DNA of 36,399 bases from Gemmatimonadota bacterium (GTDB lineage Bacteria > Gemmatimonadota > Gemmatimonadetes > Gemmatimonadales > Gemmatimonadaceae), in assembly GCA_031372565.1 (NCBI GenBank), contig JANMLN010000108.1, forward strand, positions 1-36,399, read 5' to 3'. The notes under the pieces were generated by a model that had not been told where the DNA came from, did not search any database, and saw only the letters and a program-made list of their open reading frames with translations. The translations under genes and the position numbers were made by a program. Positions 28,783 to 36,399 of the stretch are shown here, in pieces (the stretch's first letter is position 1; each line of letters begins with the position of its first letter).

Positions 28783-30576
28783 TCAGCAGCCCAGGTCGGC
28801 AGCCGTGCCGCGGATGGCCTGCGCGACGGGAAGCGCGCCCGCGATCTTCTCGGCGCGCGAGTACGTGGTGCAGGCGGCGGCCTTGCGGCCCATGGACGCC
28901 AGTGCGCGTCCACCTTCGAACAGTACGGCGGCGGAGTCCCGTGCGGAGCCGGCCCGATCGAGCAGGCGCCCGCTCAGCTTGAGCGCGTCCATGAGCGAAT
29001 CCTTGCCTTCCGCGCCAGCGAGCGTTTCAAGGCGGGCAAGCTCGCCGGCGAAGCCGTCGGTGCGCGCCGGCTTGACAGGCTCCGGATCTGCACGCTTGAT
29101 GGGCGCGGTTGTGGGGGCCGCAGCAGCCGACGACGGCGCAGCGGTTGTGGGTGCCGCACTCGGCGGCGCCTGTGCGGTCGACGGCGCGTTCGGTTGGGTG
29201 TTCGGCTGCGCGACGGTGCCATTGACGGACTTCGACATGGTCTCGACCCCGCCGGAGGTGGCGCTTGCGACCGTGGGCGTCTGAGCAGACCCCGCCAATG
29301 GCGTGTTCACGATGGGCACCGCGGAGGCGTCGGTGACCGGCGATGCCGCGGGTTTCTGCAGGAGTGCGAAGGCCAGCGCGCCGACCAGCACCGCGGCCCC
29401 GCCACCGATCGCCACCATGCGGCCGCTGCCGCCAGAGCGGGCCGGAGCGGGCGGGGTGTGGGCAGCTGGCATCGGAGGTGCGGCGGGGGTGACCAGCGAC
29501 GGCACGTCGAGCGCTGTCGGGGCGATGGCACCGCCACGGACGACCGTGGGCGGAATCGCGTTCAGCACGTCTTTCGACGAGAAGACCTGCGTCGCGATCT
29601 CGGCCGATGCCACATCGCTCATGGAGGCGCTCGCCCTGCTGAATGCCTCGGCGAACGCGACCACGGACTCGTAGCGCTGCGCGGGCTTCTGCGAGAGTGC
29701 CCGCTCGAGCACCCCTTGCAGGTCGGTCGGCCACGGGACGTCGCTGCGCACCTGCGTGAGCTGCCGCGCCCGCCCCGTGAGGCGCGAGGCCACCTGATCC
29801 AGCCCGGTTTCACCCTCGAAGGGCAGAGCGCCCGTGACCATCTCGAACGCCGTGCAGGCGAGGGAGAACTGGTCGCTGGCTGCATCGATGGAGCTCCCTG
29901 CGACCTGCTCGGGGCTCATGTACGCGGGGGTGCCGACGGTGAGGCCGGTGGTGGTCACGCGCTGGTCGGCGGCGCCGACGACCTTCGAAATCCCGAAGTC
30001 GACGAGCTTCACGCGATCGCTGCCGTCCGACAGGCGCGCCAGCATGATGTTGTCCGGCTTGAGATCGCGATGGACCATGCCGACGTCGTGGGCCGCCTTG
30101 AGGGCATCGGCCGCCTGACGAATGATGACGGCCGCGCGTGGCGCCGGCATGGAGCCGCGATCGTGCAGCATCTTCGACAGCGGCATCCCCTCGATGAACT
30201 CCATCGAGATGTACAGCGCGCCGCCGTCTGCCTCGCCGAACTCATACACCGTGGCGACGTTCGGATGATTGATCTGGCTCGCGTTGCGCGCCTCGCGGGT
30301 GAACCGGCTCACCGCGTTGGCTTCGCTCGCGACATCAGGGCGCATGACCTTGAGCGCGACGCTGCGCCCCATGCGCAGATGCTCGGCGAGATAAACCTGA
30401 CCCATCCCGCCCTCGCCGAGCTTCTTCAGGATGCGATGGCCCGCAATGATGTCACCGACACCCAACTCTTCCGCCTGCGGTACTTCGAGGAGTGCGCCGT
30501 CGGTCGGACAGAACGTTCGATTGGCCTCGAACGTCGCCTTGCAGATCGGGCAGAATTTCTGCGGCTGGGTCGTCAT
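28783..30576 (-). CDS. Membrane-anchored Hanks-type Ser/Thr protein kinase
   Basis: N-terminal CPIC...CPTDG ribbon, GEGGMGQVY, VALK, HRDLKPDN, DFG, GTPAYMSPEQ; TM helix VAIGGGAAVLVGALAFALL; Pro/Ala/Thr linker; helical C-terminal domain. Confidence 0.94.
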   Translation of the reverse strand: MTTQPQKFCPICKATFEANRTFCPTDGALLEVPQAEELGVGDIIAGHRILKKLGEGGMGQVYLAEHLRMGRSVALKVMRPDVASEANAVSRFTREARNASQINHPNVATVYEFGEADGGALYISMEFIEGMPLSKMLHDRGSMPAPRAAVIIRQAADALKAAHDVGMVHRDLKPDNIMLARLSDGSDRVKLVDFGISKVVGAADQRVTTTGLTVGTPAYMSPEQVAGSSIDAASDQFSLACTAFEMVTGALPFEGETGLDQVASRLTGRARQLTQVRSDVPWPTDLQGVLERALSQKPAQRYESVVAFAEAFSRASASMSDVASAEIATQVFSSKDVLNAIPPTVVRGGAIAPTALDVPSLVTPAAPPMPAAHTPPAPARSGGSGRMVAIGGGAAVLVGALAFALLQKPAASPVTDASAVPIVNTPLAGSAQTPTVASATSGGVETMSKSVNGTVAQPNTQPNAPSTAQAPPSAAPTTAAPSSAAAAPTTAPIKRADPEPVKPARTDGFAGELARLETLAGAEGKDSLMDALKLSGRLLDRAGSARDSAAVLFEGGRALASMGRKAAACTTYSRAEKIAGALPVAQAIRGTAADLGC

Positions 30577-30668
30577 CAGGGCGCACACGAAGAGGAGAGC
30601 TTCCCACAGGGAAAATCATGCGCGCATGGTGCCACCGTCAAGGCGCTTGCGGTCAGCTGAAACGTACC

Positions 30669-30700
30669 GCGGCCGGGTTCCGAGAAGGGAACCCGGCCGC
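30669..30700 (-). terminator. Hairpin after the Bor-like gene
   Basis: Perfect 13-bp stem GCGGCCGGGTTCC-gagaag-GGAACCCGGCCGC; only a weak T run follows on the minus strand. Confidence 0.6.
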
Positions 30701-30726
30701 GTCGTGGCCGCACGAGGTGCGGACGG

Positions 30727-31155
30727 CTATCGAACGAGATAGACCGCTTCGTGCGAGAGGCGCGAAGCCTCGGCGGCAATCTCGATGGCACGGGTCATCT
30801 CGGCCGCGCTCATGTCGTTGCGGACGACCATCGTCTTCGCGTTGGCGGGCAGGCTTCCCACCTTGCTCGACGCCGCGCAGGTCACGTCGATCTGCATCGG
30901 GGTGAAGATGCTGAAGGTGAGGGCGGATACCAGGCCATTCAAGAACGAGATCTGCGTCTCGACCTTCGCCACACCGTTCTTGCACTTGGACGCCGCTTCA
31001 ACGGTCGACGGCGGAATGAGGCCGTAGATGAACGACAGCGCCCACGGCTGGCTGATGACTTCGCTGCTGGCGGGCTGACCCGTCGTGATCGTGGCGTGAA
31101 AGCACCCGGTGAGGAGAACGGCGGGAAGGGCGAGAGCGGCTACAAAGCGACGCAT
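30727..31155 (-). CDS. Bor/Iss-family lipoprotein
   Basis: MRRFVAALALPAVLLTGC lipobox; FIYGLIPP..V.AASKCKNGVAKVETQISFLNGL...FTP....VTC; GGAG upstream of ATG 31155. Confidence 0.85.
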   Translation of the reverse strand: MRRFVAALALPAVLLTGCFHATITTGQPASSEVISQPWALSFIYGLIPPSTVEAASKCKNGVAKVETQISFLNGLVSALTFSIFTPMQIDVTCAASSKVGSLPANAKTMVVRNDMSAAEMTRAIEIAAEASRLSHEAVYLVR

Positions 31156-31470
31156 GCGGGGCTCCAGGAAACAGGTTTTCTTCAGGGGGGTACCTGCCAA
31201 CATCCGGCGATTATCGCAGCGTTCTCGACGAACCGCAAGGGACGCAAACGCATGGTGTTCAATGCGTTACCGTGGTAATCGGTGATGTACGTCACGTCAA
31301 TGGTCCCTATGTCGTGCATCTGGGACCGGTTCGCGGGGTGGACGGGGGGACGCAGTACCTGGGAGGCACTGGCGCCGTTCGCGCCGCTCCCGGCGCCCCA
31401 CGGTGCTGGTCAAGTCGGTGTATCTTTGGGGGTTATCGCTATTTCCGACTCACCCGACGCTCGCCCCTCC

Positions 31471-32091
31471 GTGACCACCTCCCGACCCGGCAAGATCGTC
31501 TGCGTTGGCCGCAACTACGTGGACCACGCCAAGGAACTCGGCAACGATGTGCCGAAGCAGCCGTTGCTCTTCCTCAAGCCGACCTCGAGCCTGCTCGAGA
31601 GCGCGGGAACCGTGGTGCTGCCGCTCGCGTCGCAACAGGTGGAGTACGAGGGCGAGATCGGGGTGATCGTTGGCGCGCGGCTGCGCCACGCCGATGAAGC
31701 CACGGCGGCCCGCTCCATCCGCGGCCTGTGTGCCGTGAACGATGTCACCGCGCGCGACCTGCAGAAGTCGGACGGCCAGTGGACCCGCGCCAAGGGATTT
31801 GACACCTTTTGTCCGGTGGGCCCTGAAGTGGTTGCGCCGAGCGATCTCGGGGGCGTCACGGTCGTCACGCGCTTGAATGGCCAGGAGAAGCAGCGCGGCA
31901 CCGCCAGCCAGATGGTCTTCAACATTCCGTTTCTCCTCAGCTACATCAGCCAGATCATGACGCTCGAACCAGGCGATCTCGTGTGCACCGGCACGCCAGC
32001 CGGCGTGGGCCGACTGAGCGCGGGCGACATGGTCGAAGTCGAGCTGGTCGGGTTGTCGTCGGTGTCCAACCCTGTGCAGGCGGAGGCATGA
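31471..32091 (+). CDS. Fumarylacetoacetate hydrolase family protein
   Basis: KIVCVGRNYVDHAKE, FLKP, EYEGE, NDVTARDLQ, AKGFDTFCP, TGTPAGVG; start chosen at GTG 31471. Confidence 0.93.
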   Translation: MTTSRPGKIVCVGRNYVDHAKELGNDVPKQPLLFLKPTSSLLESAGTVVLPLASQQVEYEGEIGVIVGARLRHADEATAARSIRGLCAVNDVTARDLQKSDGQWTRAKGFDTFCPVGPEVVAPSDLGGVTVVTRLNGQEKQRGTASQMVFNIPFLLSYISQIMTLEPGDLVCTGTPAGVGRLSAGDMVEVELVGLSSVSNPVQAEA

Positions 32092-33275
32092 TGCCGACGT
32101 TGAGTGCGCGGATGGCGACGCTGCCGCCGTATCCGCTGGCGCACATTCCGCAGAAGAAGCGCGAGTTGCTCGCGCGTGGGGTGGACGTGATCGATCTGGG
32201 TGCCGGCGACGCGGATCTCGCGCCGCCCACGGCCGCGCTCGAGGCGATGGCGCGCGCGCTCGAGAACCCCGCGATGCACCGCTACGGCTTCGGACTTGGG
32301 CACGTGCCGTTCCGCGAGGCCGCGAGCCGCTACATGATGGACCGGTTCGCGCAGCGCTTCGATCCGCTCACCGAGATCGTGCCACTCATCGGCAGCAAGG
32401 AAGGGCTGGCGCATCTGGCGTTCGCGTACCTGAATCCGGGCGACGTCGCCATCATCCCGGAGCCGGGCTATCAGGCCTATGTCGGCGGGGCGCTGCTTGC
32501 GCTCGGCCACCCGCACCTGATGCCGCTCCGTCCGGAGCACAACTTCCTGCTCGAGCTCGAACATGTGCCGGACGACGTGCTCCGCCGTGCCAAGATCGTG
32601 TACGTGAACTACCCGAACAACCCGACCGCGGCGATCGCCCCACGCGACTACCTCGAGCGGCTCGTGGCGCGCTGCCGGACCCTCGGGATCTTGCTGGTGT
32701 ACGACAACGCGTATGCCGAGCTTGCGTTCGACGGCTACGTACCGCCGAGCATCTTCGAGATCGACGGGGCGCGAGAGTGCGCCATCGAGTTCCACTCGCT
32801 GTCCAAGACGTTCAACATGACGGGATGGCGCTGCGCGTGGGCCGTGGCAGCGCCGCCCATTGCCGCGGCGCTCGCCCGCATCAAATCCTTCACCGACACC
32901 GGTCCGTTCATGGCAATTCAGGCGGCGGGCGTGGCGGCGCTGGATGGATGGCGGTCATTCGCGCCTGCGAACGTCGCGGTCTTTCAGGCGCGCCGTGATG
33001 CCGCCGTTGCAGCGTTCCGCGACGCGGGGTTTGCGGTCGAATCGCCCAAGGCGAGCATGTACCTCTGGATTCCGTTGCCGGCCGGGGTGTCGAGCAAGGA
33101 GTTCGCCGACCGGTTGATGGACGACGAAGGGGTGGTGGTGCTGCCAGGTTCTGGCTTCGGAGCGGGCGGCGAGGGGTTCTTCCGCATCTCGTTCATCCAG
33201 TCGCCGGAGCGACTGGCTGAAGCGGCGCGCCGCGCGGGTCGTGTCCTCGCACGCTTCGAGGCGACCGCCGCGTGA
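32088..33275 (+). CDS. Class I/II PLP-dependent aminotransferase (LL-diaminopimelate aminotransferase-like)
   Basis: GSKEG, NYPNNPT, DNAY, FHSLSKTFNMTGWR (PLP Lys), GEGFFRIS; start is ATG 32088 or 32091. Confidence 0.92.
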   Translation: MMPTLSARMATLPPYPLAHIPQKKRELLARGVDVIDLGAGDADLAPPTAALEAMARALENPAMHRYGFGLGHVPFREAASRYMMDRFAQRFDPLTEIVPLIGSKEGLAHLAFAYLNPGDVAIIPEPGYQAYVGGALLALGHPHLMPLRPEHNFLLELEHVPDDVLRRAKIVYVNYPNNPTAAIAPRDYLERLVARCRTLGILLVYDNAYAELAFDGYVPPSIFEIDGARECAIEFHSLSKTFNMTGWRCAWAVAAPPIAAALARIKSFTDTGPFMAIQAAGVAALDGWRSFAPANVAVFQARRDAAVAAFRDAGFAVESPKASMYLWIPLPAGVSSKEFADRLMDDEGVVVLPGSGFGAGGEGFFRISFIQSPERLAEAARRAGRVLARFEATAA

Positions 33276-34171
33276 GCTTCACGCGCCCCTCCGCGTCGGC
33301 CGTTCTCTCGGTCACGATCCACGCCGCGATCATCGGCGCGGCGCTGCGGTGGGCGGTCCTTGGCTATCCCATGCCTGATTGGCTCGATCGCAAGGGCGAT
33401 CCGCCCAAGTCCGAGCGGATCACCTTCGTGCGCAGCGGCGGCGGCGGTGGCCCCGTCGCGCGTGCGAGTCAGGTGGCGGCAGGCGCAGCCAAGAAGGGGA
33501 AGGCGGCGGAAGAGAAGAAGCTGATCGCGCCCATCGATGTACCGAACGGTGTGGCAGCGGCGCTTCCGGCGCCGGTGACGGATGAGGGCGGCGCGAACGC
33601 CAAGGAGGCGGGCACCGGTGCCGGCGGCACCGCGATGTCGGGGGCAATCGAGGGGATGCGCCCGGCGCTCGCCGATGGGCGGCTCTACGGGCCGCCGCCG
33701 CGCGGGCTCGGAGGTCCCGAGCCGCTCACGGGCAAGCAGCGCGTCGACTCAGTGATCGGCGAACGGTTCACGCGCTACCGCGACTCGATCGTGCAGGCGC
33801 AGATCATCGCCTCGGGCCAGCGTGACCCGCGCGATTGGACGCTGCGCGACAAGAGCGGGCGGCAGTGGGGCATGGATGCGCAGTACATCCGGCTCGGGCC
33901 TGTCTCGATTCCGACGGCGCTGCTCGCGCTGCTGCCGCTCAACCAGAACGCGCCGAGCCCGACGATGTACGAGTCGCGTCGGATCGCGAACCTGTCGCAG
34001 GAGATCCAGTTCAACGTGTCACGCGCGATGACGCAAGAGGATTTCAACGCCGCGGTGCGGCGCACGCGTGAGCGGAAGGATCGCGAGCGCAGTGACCAGT
34101 TGAAGCGGCGTGGGAGTGATGTGCAGGTGTATCCGGCCGTGCAGCCATCGGTGGCGACGCCGGAACGGTAG
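33272..34171 (+). CDS. Hypothetical membrane-anchored protein with TonB/TolA-like N-terminal anchor
   Basis: GTG overlaps the upstream stop; TM helix VLSVTIHAAIIGAAL; Pro/Gly/Ala linker. Confidence 0.7.
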   Translation: MSFTRPSASAVLSVTIHAAIIGAALRWAVLGYPMPDWLDRKGDPPKSERITFVRSGGGGGPVARASQVAAGAAKKGKAAEEKKLIAPIDVPNGVAAALPAPVTDEGGANAKEAGTGAGGTAMSGAIEGMRPALADGRLYGPPPRGLGGPEPLTGKQRVDSVIGERFTRYRDSIVQAQIIASGQRDPRDWTLRDKSGRQWGMDAQYIRLGPVSIPTALLALLPLNQNAPSPTMYESRRIANLSQEIQFNVSRAMTQEDFNAAVRRTRERKDRERSDQLKRRGSDVQVYPAVQPSVATPER

Positions 34172-34188
34172 CGTTTCGACGCCGCCGC

Positions 34189-35694
34189 TCAGCGTCGTCG
34201 CATCGCGCGCTCCACATCCGCCGCCCGCCGTGGAGCCGCAGCCGAGAGGTTCTCCCGGCCCGTCGGCGTCACGAGAATCATGTCCTCGATCATGATCGCG
34301 ATCTGTCGCTCCGGGATGTACAGCTTGGGTTCGATGGTCACCACCATCCCGGGCTGCAGCGGACCGCTCCAATCGCGGTCGTCGGTGGCGTCGAGCCCGA
34401 TGTGATGCCCGAGGTCGCGCACGCCGCCGCCAAAGCGCGTGTATGCCATGATGCCGCCGTCGCGCGCGAGGTAGTGCGTGGGGCTCGGCATCACCCCCCA
34501 CACCCGGTCGGCGCCCATCGTGCCGATATCCTCGAATCGCTCGAGGCCATGCGCACGGAAGACGCGCGCCGCTGCCTTGATCACGTCGAGCATCATGACC
34601 CCCGGACGGATCGTCGCGATGGCCGAGTCCTGCGCCTCGAGGACGATGTCGTAGTAGCGCCGCTGCTCGGCCGAGAAGCGCCCGGAGACGGGCAGGGTGC
34701 GACAGAGGTCGCTGGCGTAGTGCCGCACCTCGGCCGCGCCGTAGTCGGCGAACAACAGGTCGCCTGGCTGCATGACGCGGCCGACCGCGTCGTAGCGCTC
34801 GCCGCGGAGTGAGAAGAAGGTCATGGCGTCGGCCCCGCTCGAGATGATCGGGCTGAACGACGCGCGCGGTGCGCCGCGCTTCTTCCAGTCGGCTTCGAGG
34901 ATGCCGGCCGCTTCGAGGTCGTTCATGCCGGGACGCACCGCGCGCATGAGGGTGCCGAGCGAGGCCGCGCTGATGGCGGCGGCCTCGCGGAGCGCGGCGA
35001 TCTCGGTGTCGTCCTTGATGAGGCGGAGCGAGCGCACGTGGGGGGTGATGTCGCGGAGATCGCGTGCGGGGAAGAGCGCCGCGAGGGACGCGCCCTGCTG
35101 CATCTCGATGGTGGCCATGCGGGCCACACCGGGGGGCGCCCAGAGCGAATCACGGCCCATGGGCAGGTAGATGCGCGCCGTGCTGCCCACGATCTCGCGG
35201 AGCCGTGTGCTCAGCTCGCGCAGCGGATACGTCTCGGCGATGCCGGTGCGCTGTGCGGCGCCGGCGCCCGGTGCCATCCGATGGCGCGGCAGGTTCCAGC
35301 TTGCGCGCCGGAAGGCCGAGTCGGCCAGCGGGTACTGCGCGCCCGCGAACTGGAACGAGTCGGGGAGGAAGAGCGCGGTGCGCATGGACTGCGGGGCGGC
35401 GCCAGGGCGCGTGTCCGGCGCGATCACGAGCACGGCATACGGCGACTCGACGCCGGTGAGATACCAGAAGTTGGCGTTCTGGCGCGGGAGGTCGTGGTTC
35501 CCGACGAGATGCGCGCCGGGGAGGATGATCGCGGCGGTGGTTCCGACGCGTTCGACAAGCCGGGAGCGGCGCGCGGCATAGCTCGCGGCGGTGGGGAGGG
35601 GCTGCGCGGGGAGGATGGATGCGATCAGCAGCGACGCGAGCAGCATGCCGCACGTCGAATGCGAGAGAACGCGGAATCGGATGGGGTTCGGCAT
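34189..35694 (-). CDS. Xaa-Pro aminopeptidase family (M24B) peptidase, probably exported
   Basis: RQNANFWYLTG, LRLIKDDTEI, DYG, YASDLCRT, GHHIGLD, TIEP, IEDMILVT; start chosen at ATG 35694. Confidence 0.9.
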   Translation of the reverse strand: MPNPIRFRVLSHSTCGMLLASLLIASILPAQPLPTAASYAARRSRLVERVGTTAAIILPGAHLVGNHDLPRQNANFWYLTGVESPYAVLVIAPDTRPGAAPQSMRTALFLPDSFQFAGAQYPLADSAFRRASWNLPRHRMAPGAGAAQRTGIAETYPLRELSTRLREIVGSTARIYLPMGRDSLWAPPGVARMATIEMQQGASLAALFPARDLRDITPHVRSLRLIKDDTEIAALREAAAISAASLGTLMRAVRPGMNDLEAAGILEADWKKRGAPRASFSPIISSGADAMTFFSLRGERYDAVGRVMQPGDLLFADYGAAEVRHYASDLCRTLPVSGRFSAEQRRYYDIVLEAQDSAIATIRPGVMMLDVIKAAARVFRAHGLERFEDIGTMGADRVWGVMPSPTHYLARDGGIMAYTRFGGGVRDLGHHIGLDATDDRDWSGPLQPGMVVTIEPKLYIPERQIAIMIEDMILVTPTGRENLSAAAPRRAADVERAMRRR

Positions 35695-35802
35695 GTCCGA
35701 TGCGGGGCGATGGCGGAATGGCGAGGATCGGCGAGGCGCAGTACCACTCAATAGGTCGCCCCATCGGTTTGTGCGCCATCCTCGGGTGGTCACCAGCGCG
35801 CG

Positions 35803-35856
35803 TTGCGCGGCCTCTCGCCCGATCACTCGCTGGTGCTGATCAACGGGCAGCGCCAA
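35803..35856 (+). pseudogene. Remnant of a TonB-dependent receptor plug-domain coding sequence
   Basis: Manual translation from 35803 gives LRGLSPDHSLVLINGQRQ, matching the plug motif LRGLxxxxTLVLxNGxR, in otherwise intergenic DNA. Confidence 0.6.
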
Positions 35857-35943
35857 CCGGAGACGACAGCGCCTTGCGGCTCGAGCGCGCTGGTCGCGAC
35901 CTTTGCGGTGCGTACCGACCGCATCCTCCCTACCGACGCCCCC

Positions 35944-36399
35944 ATGCTTGCCGCTGCCCTCGCTGCGCTGCTGCTCGTCGCTCCCGCGCAGGCGCCGTCG
36001 CGCACGGCGCCACCAGATTCGCTCTCGGCCGCCGAACGCGCACTCGCACGCGCCGTTGATGCACGCACCGCCGATGCGATCGCACTGCTCGAGCGCCTCG
36101 TCAACATCAACAGCGGCACGATGAACTTCGCGGGGGTGCGCCAGGTAGGCGACGTGCTCCGTGCCCGCCTCGATGCGCTGGGCTTCAGGACGCGGTGGGA
36201 GGACGGCGCGCCGTTCAAGCGGGCGGGACACCTGATCGCCGAGCACGTGGCGCCGGGTCCCAAGTTGCTGCTGATCGGACATCTGGACACGGTGTTCGAG
36301 CCCACGAGTCCGTTCCAGGCGATGGAGCGCGGGCCCGACTCGACCGCGCGCGGCCCGGGCATCATCGACATGAAGGGCGGCGACGTCATCCTGATCGTC
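35944..36399 (+). CDS. M20-family metallopeptidase (glutamate carboxypeptidase-like), exported; truncated by window edge
   Basis: Not in the ORF track. Manual translation: MLAAALAALLLVAPAQA..LLERLVNINSGT..LLLIGHLDTVFE..GPGIIDMKGG; alternative GTG 35908. Confidence 0.9.
   Translation, partial: MLAAALAALLLVAPAQAPSRTAPPDSLSAAERALARAVDARTADAIALLERLVNINSGTMNFAGVRQVGDVLRARLDALGFRTRWEDGAPFKRAGHLIAEHVAPGPKLLLIGHLDTVFEPTSPFQAMERGPDSTARGPGIIDMKGGDVILIV

Noticed and set aside
22474..30576. JAB-DinG plus caspase/kinase as one anti-phage (type IV CRISPR, CBASS or Bil-like) system
   Set aside because: The genes are convergent; dinG is coupled to a housekeeping-type run; no cas, cyclase, E1/E2 or Ubl genes; the caspase appears exported.
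28777..30660. 627-aa plus-strand ORF
   Set aside because: Antisense to the Ser/Thr kinase; no recognisable features.
30727..31155. Prophage suggested by the Bor-like gene
   Set aside because: No structural, lysis, integrase or replication phage genes in the window.
35695..36282. Apparent N-terminal extension of the M24 peptidase
   Set aside because: Overlaps the opposite-strand M20 gene and looks non-coding in composition.

Overview
GC-rich bacterial chromosomal window with almost no gaps between genes. Gene content and order suggest Gemmatimonadota (inference). The left part is a minus-strand housekeeping run: rplI (partial), DUF2232, rpsR, rpsF, ychF, pth, rplY, prs, tRNA-Gln(TTG), ispE, a flippase-like protein, an Hpt-like protein and pdxJ. 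It is interrupted by two plus-strand PEP-CTERM genes and a probable 40-aa membrane protein. The middle is a tightly coupled plus-strand run: trxA, a hypothetical, rsmI, DUF4159, DUF4175, a TPR protein, a GATase-like protein and a JAB-DinG helicase. This run meets a convergent five-gene accessory operon (25014-30576): membrane Ser/Thr kinase, LPP20-like exported protein, exported caspase-family protease, outer-membrane beta-barrel and an LPP20/FlgT-N + DUF4384 protein. That operon is the best candidate for an undescribed trans-envelope signalling/proteolysis system. The right end holds a Bor lipoprotein, FAH hydrolase, aminotransferase, a protein with a TonB-like anchor, an M24 peptidase, a TonB-dependent receptor remnant and a partial M20 peptidase. 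No CRISPR array, rRNA or transposase/integrase was seen. All family calls come from motif recognition by eye, not database searches.
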